IMG/VR virus record: IMGVR_UViG_3300037042_001212
Span: 1 to 64,000 of that record
DNA from: a virus
Length of the DNA stretch: 64,000 nt
Reading direction: 5' to 3' (one strand)
The notes below the pieces were generated by a model. It did not search any database, was not told the origin of the DNA, and saw nothing but the letters and a program-made list of their open reading frames with translations. A program made the translations under genes and the position numbers. Below, in pieces: positions 1-9,734 of this stretch (position 1 is its first letter; every line of letters begins with the position of its first letter).

Positions 1-628
1 TCTCAACCGCCACGCCCATGCAGTCATCAATCGTCGTGCCATTCGGGTCATACAGGAAATTCTTGGGGTTTACAGGCACAATCTTCACCGCAATGCGGCT
101 TTTTTCCACTACGCCAATAGCCGCCTGCCCCATCTCACCAGGAATCGGCTTTGTCGCCGGCTCAAATATCTGCTCCGTCTTGACAATGATCTCGCCAATG
201 CCGGTTCCGTAGATTTCCGCCATCAGTTCAATCTGGTCAATCGACTTGCGGATCTTGTCTACCTTGAAATCCTCCATCATCTGCAATTTCAAGGCTTCAA
301 CGTCCAGCGGATTGCCGTTTACATCCTGCAAATCGTCTTTGATGTCAAAAAAGTCACCCTGGCCAAAGATCGCTTCCATAATCTCAGCATGGCGAGTTTC
401 TACAGCTTGTTGAGTAGCAGGGGTCACAATCCGGCTGCGCTCTGATTCGCGGGTTTTATCTTCTGGCGCCCACTCACCACGGAAAATACGCTCATATTCA
501 AGATACAAGCTCATGAAATTGGTGTTTCGGTAGTCGCGCCACCGGTCGCAGTGGTCAACGACAAACGCTGTCAGTTCTTTGTCGTTATCAGTGGGTTGCT
601 GGTATTCGTTTTGTTCTAGATCGGCCAT
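1..628 (-). CDS. Portal protein, N-terminal part (runs off the left edge)
   Basis: Not in ORF track. ATG at 628 with GAGG upstream; reads MADLEQNEYQQPTDNDKELTAFVVDHCDRWRDYRNTNF...ESERSRIVTPATQQAVE, open to the window edge; lies directly downstream of TerL; resembles podovirus portal N-termini. Confidence 0.8.
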   Translation of the reverse strand, partial: MADLEQNEYQQPTDNDKELTAFVVDHCDRWRDYRNTNFMSLYLEYERIFRGEWAPEDKTRESERSRIVTPATQQAVETRHAEIMEAIFGQGDFFDIKDDLQDVNGNPLDVEALKLQMMEDFKVDKIRKSIDQIELMAEIYGTGIGEIIVKTEQIFEPATKPIPGEMGQAAIGVVEKSRIAVKIVPVNPKNFLYDPNGTTIDDCMGVAVE

Positions 629-658
629 CGTTAAACCTCGTATCCGTTATGCGCCACG

Positions 659-1921
659 TTACACACCACTTAAAATGTCCATTGGCTTCCAGATGTAATC
701 TTCGTTTTCTTCCTCAAAGTAGCTTGTCACCGCCAACTGGTCGATATAGCTCAACGCATCCGGCAAATCGTCGTGAACCCCTTGCGCCGGAAACATAATA
801 AGCTGGTCTACAAAATCAGACCAATCCTTCTTGCTGTTCAGAACAATCCGACCATGCTCAAACCTGCCCTGCAATGACCAGATGATTCTATCAGCTTTCT
901 TTCTGTTGCCATGCGTGAGGTCGATGATGTGGCTGTAGACGTTGTTCTTCCGCATCAAGTCCGACAAATACGGCAGCACAGCATTTTTCAACGCCCCACG
1001 CTCAATCCCAACGCTTATCGGCTGGTAATCCCGCATCTTCATCAGTATCTTGGCAGAAGTCTCGCGTATATCCCAACGTCCATGCTCGATCTCCTCCACA
1101 AACCACTGCCCGTCCTCCGTCACCTTCACCACCGCAATCGCAGACTCGTCCAGGCGCTTCTTCACATTCGCAGCCTGCTTCGCCACTTCCTCAAAGCCAG
1201 CCAAGTCTACCGCTACAAAGTAGCTACCATGCTCCGGTGCCTCGCCATACTTCAGCCATTCCTCTTTGAAGATGTCCGATCCCGCATTGCTGAAGCTTGC
1301 CATGTACTCTTGCTTGAAGGAAAAGCTGGATAGCGTCTTTTTCGCAGACTCAATCTCAGTCGGGTCAATCAACGGATTGTCGGCAGTCGTAAAGTGCCAG
1401 GACTTCCAATCGCTATCCTGCTCATCCTGCCCCAAATTCCACAGGTCAAAAAACCAGTTTCGGCCCTTGGGCGTGCCAATGAACATCGCCGCACCCTTCT
1501 TGTCCGACAGACTGGCCCTAATGACCTGCTCCCAGGCCGCTGGCTTAATGTCCGCTACCTCGTCCAACACCGCATACGTTAGTGACACCCCGCGCAAGGT
1601 ATCCGGTCTATCAGCCCCGCGAACATAAATCCTTGCGCCATTGATCATCGTAATATCAAGATTGTTTACGTGGCTGGACTGAATCACCTCCCGGCCCAAG
1701 TCCAGCAGCAAATCCCAAATGATCTGCCGCGACTGCCCCATCGTTGGCGAGACATACAGCACCGCACTACCCGCCGGGCAGCGCAATGCCTCAATCAACA
1801 AAATCGTTGCCGCCAGCCTAGACTTCCCACACCGCCGGCCAGCAGCAATAACCTTGAACCTCGTCCTGTCGGTGTAGACAGTCTGTTGCCAAGGGAGCAG
1901 TTGGAAGTTCAGGTCAGACAT
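659..1921 (-). CDS. terL: Terminase large subunit
   Basis: Walker A AGRRCGKS, Walker B VLDE, coupling motif GTP, RuvC-like nuclease motifs VDLAG and HDDLPDAL. Confidence 0.95.
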   Translation of the reverse strand: MSDLNFQLLPWQQTVYTDRTRFKVIAAGRRCGKSRLAATILLIEALRCPAGSAVLYVSPTMGQSRQIIWDLLLDLGREVIQSSHVNNLDITMINGARIYVRGADRPDTLRGVSLTYAVLDEVADIKPAAWEQVIRASLSDKKGAAMFIGTPKGRNWFFDLWNLGQDEQDSDWKSWHFTTADNPLIDPTEIESAKKTLSSFSFKQEYMASFSNAGSDIFKEEWLKYGEAPEHGSYFVAVDLAGFEEVAKQAANVKKRLDESAIAVVKVTEDGQWFVEEIEHGRWDIRETSAKILMKMRDYQPISVGIERGALKNAVLPYLSDLMRKNNVYSHIIDLTHGNRKKADRIIWSLQGRFEHGRIVLNSKKDWSDFVDQLIMFPAQGVHDDLPDALSYIDQLAVTSYFEEENEDYIWKPMDILSGV

Positions 1922-2285
1922 CCGTCACATCCCTCGCGTCGCCCGCGTCAATGGTGGCCGGCTCAACCACCGCACCCAACCCCGTAATATTGATCGTCAC
2001 CGCGCTCCGTTGCTGCTTATCCTTCTCAAACAGGCTCACCGGCAAAGTCCTGTCCATGCACAGCTTTATCATCGCAGCCTGCGCCGGGTGGTTGTCGTTC
2101 ATGGCAATCTCAATAGCCTTCGTCACCACTAACTCACCAGCACCATCCAGCAACAGATTCTTTAGATCGTTAATCTTCTGGTGATTGGTCTTTACCAACA
2201 TTGTTGGTGGTCGACCAATCATTTTCGTGCCGAGAGGCCGACCTACGTTGCGCTTGATCTTGGTTTCGTTCTCAGTCATGTCCAT
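1914..2285 (-). CDS. Probable terminase small subunit
   Basis: 123 aa, overlaps terL start, GRP motifs at N-terminus, helical core, C-terminal beta strand (VTINITGL). Confidence 0.7.
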   Translation of the reverse strand: MDMTENETKIKRNVGRPLGTKMIGRPPTMLVKTNHQKINDLKNLLLDGAGELVVTKAIEIAMNDNHPAQAAMIKLCMDRTLPVSLFEKDKQQRSAVTINITGLGAVVEPATIDAGDARDVTDV

Positions 2286-2577
2286 GCCCGTAAAGTAGCA
2301 TATTTCCTAGTTTCACTTTTTTTGTGGAGGGGAGGGTGCAACAATAATTCCGCCGAGCGCCAGGCCCACCCCCCCCCATACCGTCGTTTCTGGAATTTGA
2401 CATAATATGCATTATACGATATTGCGCTGCAACAACCTATAAGAATCAATGAGTTATAGCGGTCAACACACTGTCGATCAGCTCAAAAGCCCATGTTGCA
2501 CTGCATTTCGCATAAAAAGTCCACAACCTGAACGCTCGATGCCCACAGTCTGGACAGTCGGAGGCCGAAACCACCCA

Positions 2578-2616
2578 AAAGTGACAAAAATTGTCACTTT
2601 GTGACAAAAATTGTCA
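2578..2616. repeat. Tandem palindromic sites GTGACAA-AAA-TTGTCAC with 20-bp period
   Basis: aaagtgacaa aaa ttgtcacttt (10-bp arms, 2578-2600) immediately followed by gtgacaaaaattgtca (2601-2616). Confidence 0.85.
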
Positions 2617-2716
2617 GAAAGTGACGCTGATGGTCACTCCCACGCCATCCTACCCTTCCATATTTAATATCACAATACCCTGAAGAACCGCCAGAACGCT
2701 CACCAGTGCATCCGAA

Positions 2717-2938
2717 TCACTTGCCATGGGGCATGGCTACGCTGACGCACTCCAACGTCATGTCGGGCCTATAGCCGAGGTTGTGGGCATGACGATAGAG
2801 ATCGAGCACCACCAAAAATCCGGCGCTAATATCACCCTCACCAGCCTCAAGCAGAATCTGTCGCTCGATCTGTTTAAGAGTCCGCTGGAAATACTTTGTG
2901 TGCAGCAGAGCTGGCCTGCCGATCCCGTCGATTGCCAT
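2717..2938 (-). CDS. Hypothetical protein
   Basis: 73-aa ORF with ATG, same strand as its neighbours; no motif recognised. Confidence 0.35.
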   Translation of the reverse strand: MAIDGIGRPALLHTKYFQRTLKQIERQILLEAGEGDISAGFLVVLDLYRHAHNLGYRPDMTLECVSVAMPHGK

Positions 2939-3023
2939 ATGTCATTACTCTCTTATCAAGTATTGGTGTAAATTGGTGAAGTCCACAATGTATATAACTT
3001 TACCCCAATTTGTCCGCATCCCA

Positions 3024-3139
3024 TTGCCCCTCCCTGCCCCTAGCCTATAGGCTATAGGGGCGATTAGGGGCGATTTAATGGGCTTTTGCCCCTATTGCCC
3101 CTAACCATCCCTAGGGGCGATTGGGGGAGTTAGGGGCGA
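3024..3139. repeat. Iteron-like cluster, putative replication origin
   Basis: About 8 copies of TAGGGGC(G/A)A in both orientations, perfect palindrome TAGCCTATAGGCTA at 3041-3054, AT-rich flank at ~2940-3010, at the 3' end of the primase-helicase gene. Confidence 0.65.
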
Positions 3140-5184
3140 TTCTTTGCCTCACTTTTCTGCATCATCATTGCACTGGATTGCACCTGATTGATAAAAATCC
3201 AGCCATGTTCGAGTGTCTCTAGCGTGCCTGAGTTGAGGAGTTGAGCGATGATTCCCTCTGGCCTGGATGCCTCGGTTTTGTTCTTGGCGGTGCGCTCGGC
3301 CATGCCATCCTTGACCAGTAGATCGCGCAGCGCCGACCGGCTTATGTAAGGCTGGCCGTTGCGTTCCTCGGTGCCGGATGCCCACCAAGCACGCTCGACT
3401 GTCCGGTTGTTTTCGTCATTTTTTGTGGGTTTTTTGTGTGGTTTTGTGGCATTTGATTCTTCGTCTGGGATGGCCACGCAGGTGGTTGCAGGGCCACCGA
3501 ACTTGGATATTCCCATTTCGACCACTTCCAGCTTGAAGTAGATAGCCTCGCCTTTGCTTGGCAGTTCGCGCTGTTTGGTCACATGGACCATGCGGATGCC
3601 ATCTTTCTCGATCACCTCAATCTCAGTGTCGATGTGCGCTCGGATGCCTGACCAGCCTCGAGCACCTTTGGCTGCGTCCTTGCCGTTATGGTGGATAATC
3701 ATCAGGGCTGCGCCGGTTGCAGTGGCTACCTGGTCGAATCTGGCCATGACCGGCCCCATGTCCTCGCCGCTGTTTTCGTTGGCTCCTGCGCTCATTCTGG
3801 CCAAGGTATCGCCAATGATGAGTCGCACCGGCTTGCCTTTGATCTGCTCAATAGTCCTGACCAGTTCGATCACATCGCTGGCATCCTGATCGCCGTTATA
3901 GAAATTCATCGGGACTGGCACCATTGCAAAATTCTCAAGGCCGCAGGAATGGTATTTTTTAATTGCCTGCATTCTTGATCGGATGCTAGCAGGGGCTTCG
4001 CTGGCCAAATAAACCACCAAGCCAGCATCGGTTTTCCTGCCGTAGCATTTGGTGCCTGTGGCAATGGCAGCGGCCACTGAAAGCGCCCAAAATGTTTTTC
4101 CTGAGTTGCTGTCGCCGTATACCACCACTGAGCTGCCAATGGTCATTAAGCCTTCGACCAGCTCGTCTGGGGCTTCGTAGTCGTTGCCCAGTTGGTCACC
4201 AAATACGACTTTTAGCTTGTCAATTACTACGGTGCCGGTTTGCTGCATCAGGATGGCTGATAGGTTGTTTCCTGCCTGGACGTAGTCGTTTGCATCCATA
4301 CCCTCGATCGGGGGAATAACGACTCTGGCCCCATATTTTGCGCTGGCTTGGTCTGCATACCGTTGCCCCACTCCGTGTTTGTCATGGTCTGCCACGATCA
4401 CAATGTCCTGAGTTGCGCCATACATTTCGCGCAGGTTGGCGGTAACTGGCACCAAACTGCTGGCGCTATAGGCCACCACGCAGGGGCGGCTCGTGGCCTC
4501 ATAAATGGTCGCCGAGGTTGCGAATCCCTCGGCTACATACAAGGTGCCTGGCTCATCCAGTGAGCCTATCATCCAATATTTACCGCCTGTTTGCCCACCT
4601 GGGTGATACAGCTTGCCGCCATCCTCATCGATGTATTGGAGTGTGGCGAGGGTGCCGTCTGCATCGTATAGAGGCACCATCAGTCGCCCATCGCCTGTGG
4701 TGCGGACTCCATGCGTCTGGATGCCCTTGCGTTTGAGATAAGGGTGATCGGGATGAGCTGCGACACCACTGAGCCATATCTTCTCGACCGTCTCACTCGC
4801 CACTTTGTGCTGGCGTTCTTGGGCCGCTTCGCGCAGGACTTTGGACTCGTTTATTCGTCTGGCGTGGGCCATTTCCTCAAATTCGGTCAGCTTTCGCCCA
4901 ACATCTGCACGCCATGTAATTTCCATGCCTGCACGCCAGCAGCCGAACCGCCCTGCCGGGATGCCATCACCGAACACCAGATACCAGCCAGGCTTGTCAC
5001 CGTGGCCGGGGGAGCCTTTGGTGCCTGACCGGAAGCGGTGGATTTTCCCGTCAAAGTGGATTTCCTCTGGCGGTTCCAGACCGGCTGCTTTCATGGCATC
5101 GATCAATTGAGCACCGGGCGGGGCTACCAGCTTCTCAGGGGGTGGGGCCCAAGGGCCACCTAGGACGTTTTCCAGGCTAGACAT
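3130..5184 (-). CDS. Primase-helicase (TOPRIM plus AAA_25/RepA-like SF4 helicase)
   Basis: TOPRIM motifs AEGFAT and ADHD...DAND; Walker A GDSNSGKT; IIGDT; IIHH; ARGWSG. Confidence 0.9.
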   Translation of the reverse strand: MSSLENVLGGPWAPPPEKLVAPPGAQLIDAMKAAGLEPPEEIHFDGKIHRFRSGTKGSPGHGDKPGWYLVFGDGIPAGRFGCWRAGMEITWRADVGRKLTEFEEMAHARRINESKVLREAAQERQHKVASETVEKIWLSGVAAHPDHPYLKRKGIQTHGVRTTGDGRLMVPLYDADGTLATLQYIDEDGGKLYHPGGQTGGKYWMIGSLDEPGTLYVAEGFATSATIYEATSRPCVVAYSASSLVPVTANLREMYGATQDIVIVADHDKHGVGQRYADQASAKYGARVVIPPIEGMDANDYVQAGNNLSAILMQQTGTVVIDKLKVVFGDQLGNDYEAPDELVEGLMTIGSSVVVYGDSNSGKTFWALSVAAAIATGTKCYGRKTDAGLVVYLASEAPASIRSRMQAIKKYHSCGLENFAMVPVPMNFYNGDQDASDVIELVRTIEQIKGKPVRLIIGDTLARMSAGANENSGEDMGPVMARFDQVATATGAALMIIHHNGKDAAKGARGWSGIRAHIDTEIEVIEKDGIRMVHVTKQRELPSKGEAIYFKLEVVEMGISKFGGPATTCVAIPDEESNATKPHKKPTKNDENNRTVERAWWASGTEERNGQPYISRSALRDLLVKDGMAERTAKNKTEASRPEGIIAQLLNSGTLETLEHGWIFINQVQSSAMMMQKSEAKNRP

Positions 5185-5359
5185 TGGCTGTTTCCTGACT
5201 TGTCAGGTAATCACTCAGCAATTTGACCGTTTCGTAGGATGGCTGGCTGTCAGGCTGCATAAAACGATAAACCGTGGCCGGATGAACACCAGCTTTTACC
5301 GCCACACGTCGCAAATTAGCGTCCGTAAGCCTTTGTTTTACTTCATTAATTGTTAGCAT
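5177..5359 (-). CDS. Cro-like HTH regulator
   Basis: MLTINEVKQRL...VAVKAGVHPATVYRF HTH pattern; AAGGAAG RBS upstream of ATG 5359. Confidence 0.8.
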   Translation of the reverse strand: MLTINEVKQRLTDANLRRVAVKAGVHPATVYRFMQPDSQPSYETVKLLSDYLTSQETANV

Positions 5360-5371
5360 GTGCGCTTCCTT

Positions 5372-5422
5372 GTAAATATATTTACGAATATGCTTGCACA
5401 TCATATCACAAACGATTATATT
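5372..5422 (+). promoter_or_regulatory. Divergent control region: sigma70-like promoter plus palindromic operator
   Basis: TTGCAC(5394-5399)-N17-TATATT(5417-5422); perfect 14-bp palindrome GTAAATATATTTAC at 5372-5385. Confidence 0.55.
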
Positions 5423-5477
5423 ATCTACATCGCCTCACCCAGACATTTCTGACCGAGGCATAAAAGGAGAAGCAAAG

Positions 5478-5783
5478 ATGAACACTTCCAAAAAAATCAC
5501 ACTCGCGACGTTTAAATCTTTTGTCAAAAAAAATCGTGAGCAATTGCTGATCAACGTCGGCAGCAAATTTGACGGAATGACCGATTGCGTTCAATCGACA
5601 AACCACGGTGGCTTTTCCGCAGCACTTAATTCTGACACGCCGTTTAGTAACAATCTCGGCATCGCTGGTGTGTGGCTTGTTGGCGGTTCGCGTGATTATT
5701 TTTCCCCGATCAACGAAAACGGACTCAGCGGCATCAGAGCATCAAATTGCTGCGGTTCATTCACGATCGCTGTCCGCGCCTAA
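5478..5783 (+). CDS. Hypothetical early protein
   Basis: Strong AAGGAGA RBS before ATG 5478 (MNTSKKITLATFKSF...). Confidence 0.7.
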   Translation: MNTSKKITLATFKSFVKKNREQLLINVGSKFDGMTDCVQSTNHGGFSAALNSDTPFSNNLGIAGVWLVGGSRDYFSPINENGLSGIRASNCCGSFTIAVRA

Positions 5784-5790
5784 TAACCGC

Positions 5791-5806
5791 CGCCCCTTCG
5801 GGGGCG
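5791..5806 (+). other. UUCG-loop hairpin without U-tract
   Basis: cgcccc ttcg ggggcg just after the stop codon. Confidence 0.55.
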
Positions 5807-5834
5807 CACTCAACCGATTAAGCGAGGAAATAAA

Positions 5835-6212
5835 ATGCAAACACCAGAACGCTGCATGTGCGGTGCCACCGATTGCCCTCGCTGCTATCCGGGCAACCGC
5901 CCAGAGCCGAGCGATCGGCACATAGAGCTGGCGCTGGATACGGTGATTGATATTGCGTTGGATTACGGCCAGTGGCCTCCAAATGGTCGAGCCAGATTCG
6001 ATCTTTACGATTTTCTGCTTGAGGAGCGCGACCCGTCTTTCGCGTGGGAAATGTATGTGGCCAGTTTTTCATCCAACACGGAAGCGTTTGCCGACCGCAT
6101 CGAGCGTGAGAGCAAGAAAGTCAGATGCATGATCGAAGATCATCTGATCGACTCCGACATCGTTTACGACTTGGCCTGTGAATACGCCGCCGAGCAGGAG
6201 GACGAACAATGA
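5835..6212 (+). CDS. Hypothetical protein with N-terminal CxCxxxxCxxC
   Basis: GAGGA RBS; 125 aa. Confidence 0.7.
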   Translation: MQTPERCMCGATDCPRCYPGNRPEPSDRHIELALDTVIDIALDYGQWPPNGRARFDLYDFLLEERDPSFAWEMYVASFSSNTEAFADRIERESKKVRCMIEDHLIDSDIVYDLACEYAAEQEDEQ

Positions 6213-6294
6213 GTATTTCCGAGGTTTCTTTTTGGGCTTGCGTTGTTTTAGGAATAGTTGTTTTTGCAATCTTAATTTTTACTGAGGGAAAATA

Positions 6295-6972
6295 ATGGCT
6301 GTCAAACTGAAAAACACAGGAAGCCTTGCTGAGAATGGGGTGAAGCTGCTGGTATACGGTGCCGCTGGTGCCGGTAAGACCACCCTGATCAAGACCCTGC
6401 CGAACGTGATTGTGCTGAGTGCCGAGGGTGGACTGCTCTCCATCCAGGACGCCAATTTACCCTACATCGAGATCGGCAGCATGGACGATCTGCGGGAAGC
6501 CTTTACTTGGTGCAAGGAAACCAAGGAGGCCACTGGCTTTGAATCTGTGGTGCTGGACAGTATTTCCGAAGTGGCCGAGGTGGTGCTGCACGAAGAACTG
6601 AAACGCCAGAAAGACGGGCGGGCAGCATATGGTGAGATGAACACCACGATGCAGGACTTGATCCGCGCCTTCCGCGACCTGCCCGGCAAGCACGTTTTTA
6701 TGACCGCCAAGCTGGAAAAGTCAGCCGACGAAATGGGGAGAATTCTCTACAACCCTGGAATGCCGGGCAAAAGCCTGACCCAAGGCTTGCCCTACTTTTT
6801 CGATGAAGTCTTGGCGCTGCGGGTTGAGAAGGATGCCGAAGGCACGACCCAACGCGCTTTGATGTGTGACTCTGACGGGCTGTGGCTGGCCAAAGATCGG
6901 TCGGGCAAGCTGGAAGCCTGGGAAGCGCCTGATCTGGGTGCCATCATTGCCAAGATTGCGGCAAAAGCATGA
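6295..6972 (+). CDS. AAA_24 / Sak4-like ATPase (recombination)
   Basis: Walker A GAAGAGKT, SAEGG, VVLDSIS, C-terminal AKDR; next to SSB and nuclease genes. Confidence 0.85.
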   Translation: MAVKLKNTGSLAENGVKLLVYGAAGAGKTTLIKTLPNVIVLSAEGGLLSIQDANLPYIEIGSMDDLREAFTWCKETKEATGFESVVLDSISEVAEVVLHEELKRQKDGRAAYGEMNTTMQDLIRAFRDLPGKHVFMTAKLEKSADEMGRILYNPGMPGKSLTQGLPYFFDEVLALRVEKDAEGTTQRALMCDSDGLWLAKDRSGKLEAWEAPDLGAIIAKIAAKA

Positions 6973-7355
6973 GCGACCTTAAAACCCTGAGTGCCGAGTG
7001 GCTGGTCTTTAAATACGCCGAGGAAAAGGCCACGGCAGATCGCCGCAAGGTTGAAGATCAGATGGTCAAGCTGCTGGCGATTCCGCCAGACTTTGAGAGC
7101 ACCGAGACCGCCAAGCCGGAAGGCTTTGTGGTCAAAGTCTCTGGCCGTATCGACCGAAAAGTTGATTCGGTGAAGCTCCAAGAGTTGGCCACTGAAGCCG
7201 GATTGTTAGATCACCTTCCTAACCTTTTCAGGTGGAAGCCTGAGATCAACATGGCGATTTGGAAGGCATCCGACGAATCAATCACCCGCCCTTTAGCTGC
7301 TGCAATCACGGCCAAGCCTGGCCGCCCGTCTTTTAAAATTACTTTCAAGGAATAA
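6969..7355 (+). CDS. Conserved phage replication-module protein
   Basis: ATGA-coupled; ends KPGRPSFKI, a pattern typical of proteins between Sak4 and SSB genes. Confidence 0.7.
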   Translation: MSDLKTLSAEWLVFKYAEEKATADRRKVEDQMVKLLAIPPDFESTETAKPEGFVVKVSGRIDRKVDSVKLQELATEAGLLDHLPNLFRWKPEINMAIWKASDESITRPLAAAITAKPGRPSFKITFKE

Positions 7356-7360
7356 ATATC

Positions 7361-7870
7361 ATGGCTTTTTTAACTGAAGAATTTAACGTCGATGAACTGC
7401 CGCAAGGCAATGGTAACTTTGAGCCGCTGCCGGCTGGCTGGTATTCCGCCACCATCTCGCAAAGTGAACTCAAAGACACGAAGGCCGGGAACGGTCAATA
7501 CATCAAGCTGCGCTACGACATCACTGGCCCCACGCACCAGGGCCGGGTGGTGTTTGGGAACTTGAACATCAAGAATAAGAACCCGAAAGCCGAGGAAATC
7601 GGGAGACAGCAGTTGGGTGACATCATGCGAGCCATCGGGCTGGCCAAGGTGACCGACACTGATCAGCTCATTGGCGGCGAGATCGTGATCAAGCTGGAAG
7701 TTAAGCAGGACGAGCAGTATGGGGCCGGGAACGAGGTCAAAGGCTTTAAGTCTGCCTCCGGCAGTCCGGCACCTGCTGCGGCGGTAATCCCTGCCAAGGT
7801 CGCTTCAAAGGCACCTGCACCTGCAGCAGCGCCTGCCAAGGCCGCACCGCCTTGGGCCAGTAAGAAGTAA
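7361..7870 (+). CDS. DUF669-type single-stranded DNA-binding protein
   Basis: FEPLPAGWY...GRVVF..LN...NEVKGF; Ala/Pro tail ending PPW. Confidence 0.8.
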   Translation: MAFLTEEFNVDELPQGNGNFEPLPAGWYSATISQSELKDTKAGNGQYIKLRYDITGPTHQGRVVFGNLNIKNKNPKAEEIGRQQLGDIMRAIGLAKVTDTDQLIGGEIVIKLEVKQDEQYGAGNEVKGFKSASGSPAPAAAVIPAKVASKAPAPAAAPAKAAPPWASKK

Positions 7871-7873
7871 GAC

Positions 7874-7906
7874 AAAAAAAGCCCCGGCCTGGATTCCAGC
7901 CGGGGC
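7874..7906 (-). terminator. Intrinsic terminator-like hairpin (U-tract on the minus strand)
   Basis: A7 followed by gccccggc...gccggggc 8-bp stem. Confidence 0.55.
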
Positions 7907-7920
7907 AACTTGGAGACGAT

Positions 7921-8943
7921 ATGAAAATTCCTGAATCAGAGCATACCATTCAAAGCCTGATTGACAAGCACCATGAGGGCCAGGCCGAGGTGCCGCGCCC
8001 ACACCTTGGTGCCAGCACGCTTGGCCACCCCTGCGACCGCTGGCTGTGGCTGTCGTTCCGCTGGGCGGTGCAGCCGAGCTTTCCTGGCCGAATCCTGCGC
8101 CTGTTTCGCCGGGGCCGTGAGGAAGAAGTTAACATTATCAACGACCTGCGTGCCATTGGGATGGACGTTCGGAAAGTGTCGAGCCAGCATCGGGTGGACT
8201 TTGGGAGCCATGTGTCGGGAAGCCTCGATGCCATCATTGATTCTGGCGTGCCGGAAGCGCCGAAGGCAAAACACATTGCCGAGTTCAAAACTGCGTCAAG
8301 AAAGGCATTTGATGATCTGGTCAAGCAGGGCGTAGAGAAGTCCAAGCCAGAGCACTTTATTCAGATGCAGGTTTACATGGCTGGCACAAAGATCGACCGC
8401 GCCCTGTATCTGACCGTCTGTAAAGACGATGACCGCATCCACACCGAGCGAGTCAAATACGATAAGGCTGTTGCAACCAAGGCCATTGAGCGAGGCAAAC
8501 GCATTGCTCTGGCTGACCGGATGCCGGAACCGATCAGTTCAGACCCGTCCTGGTATCAGTGCAAATTCTGCGATGCTCACGACTTCTGCCACGAATCCAA
8601 GATCACCAAGCATGTGAACTGCCGCACCTGCGCCCATGCTACGGCATTGCAGGATTCGACATGGCATTGCGCCAGATGGGATGCTGTAATTCCTCTAGAT
8701 ACCCAAAAAGAAGGCTGTGAATCTCACGTTCTGCACCCTGATCTGGTGCCGTGGAAACGGAAAGACGGGCCGGATGAATGGACAGCAGTTTATGAAATCA
8801 ATGGGGTCGATCTGGCCAACGGCGAGGGTGACGCGAATGTTTACACCAGTAAAGAGTTACTGGCCAACCCTGCTGCCTGCGCTGGTGGAGATCCGTTTGT
8901 CGCTGAGTTGAGGCAGGACTTTGATGGGAGGGTGGTGGGGTGA
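7921..8943 (+). CDS. Cas4-like PD-(D/E)xK exonuclease
   Basis: GAS..GHPCDR, GSLD..AEFKT, QMQVYM, CKFC...C Fe-S-type cysteines. Confidence 0.85.
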   Translation: MKIPESEHTIQSLIDKHHEGQAEVPRPHLGASTLGHPCDRWLWLSFRWAVQPSFPGRILRLFRRGREEEVNIINDLRAIGMDVRKVSSQHRVDFGSHVSGSLDAIIDSGVPEAPKAKHIAEFKTASRKAFDDLVKQGVEKSKPEHFIQMQVYMAGTKIDRALYLTVCKDDDRIHTERVKYDKAVATKAIERGKRIALADRMPEPISSDPSWYQCKFCDAHDFCHESKITKHVNCRTCAHATALQDSTWHCARWDAVIPLDTQKEGCESHVLHPDLVPWKRKDGPDEWTAVYEINGVDLANGEGDANVYTSKELLANPAACAGGDPFVAELRQDFDGRVVG

Positions 8944-9734
8944 TAGAACAAGGGGAATTAAATGAGTTGGCTCTTTTCGCAGGCGCTGGTGGAGGAATTC
9001 TCGGCGGCAAGCTGCTTGGATGGAAAACCGTCTGCGCTGTTGAGTGGGAACCCTATCCAGCAAGCGTATTGTGCGCCCGACAAAATGACGGACTTCTCTC
9101 GCCTTTCCCGATTTGGGATGACGTTCAAACCTTTGACGGCAGACCGTGGCGAGGCATTGTTGATGTCGTATCTGGCGGGTTTCCATGCCAAGACATCTCC
9201 GCAGCAGGAAAAGGAGCAGGAATCACCGGCAGCAGGTCAGGACTCTGGTCTGAAATGGCAAGGATTATTGGCGAAGTACAACCACGCTACGCGTTCGTGG
9301 AAAACAGCCCAGTCCTCACTTCTCGCGGACTTGGAACAGTCCTTGGAGATTTGGCCGCGTTGGGGTTCGATGCGAAATGGGGTGTCGTATCAGCAGCAGA
9401 CGTTGGTGCGCCGCACCTCAGAGAAAGAATCTGGATTATGGCCTACCCCCGATACACGGGGATTTGTAAACGAAGGCAGCATAGCGATGTTGGCGAAAAA
9501 GGCTGGCAGTCATGCGGAATATGTGGCGATGGGTTATCGGGCAGCTGCGAAGAAGAAAGAAAAATATTGGCCGACACCTTCTGCAAGCGACAACAGAGAT
9601 CGGGGCAATCTTTCAACTCCAGCCATTCAGCGCAGATTATCCAAAGGGAAGCAATTGATGCTTTCAATGGTTGTGTCGGAGGTCAGTGGGCAACTGAACC
9701 CAACGTGGGTGGAAAAGTTGATGGGATGGCCTGA
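8940..9734 (+). CDS. C5-cytosine DNA methyltransferase, alpha polypeptide (motifs I-VIII; stops just inside the insertion)
   Basis: FAGAGG (I), GFPCQD (IV), ENS (VI), RERIW (VIII); lacks motifs IX and X. Confidence 0.9.
   Translation: MIEQGELNELALFAGAGGGILGGKLLGWKTVCAVEWEPYPASVLCARQNDGLLSPFPIWDDVQTFDGRPWRGIVDVVSGGFPCQDISAAGKGAGITGSRSGLWSEMARIIGEVQPRYAFVENSPVLTSRGLGTVLGDLAALGFDAKWGVVSAADVGAPHLRERIWIMAYPRYTGICKRRQHSDVGEKGWQSCGICGDGLSGSCEEERKILADTFCKRQQRSGQSFNSSHSAQIIQREAIDAFNGCVGGQWATEPNVGGKVDGMA

Noticed and set aside
2578-3139. CRISPR-like mini-array
   Set aside because: Repeats are 9-20 bp without unique spacers of regular length; the Cas4-like genes are ordinary phage replication nucleases
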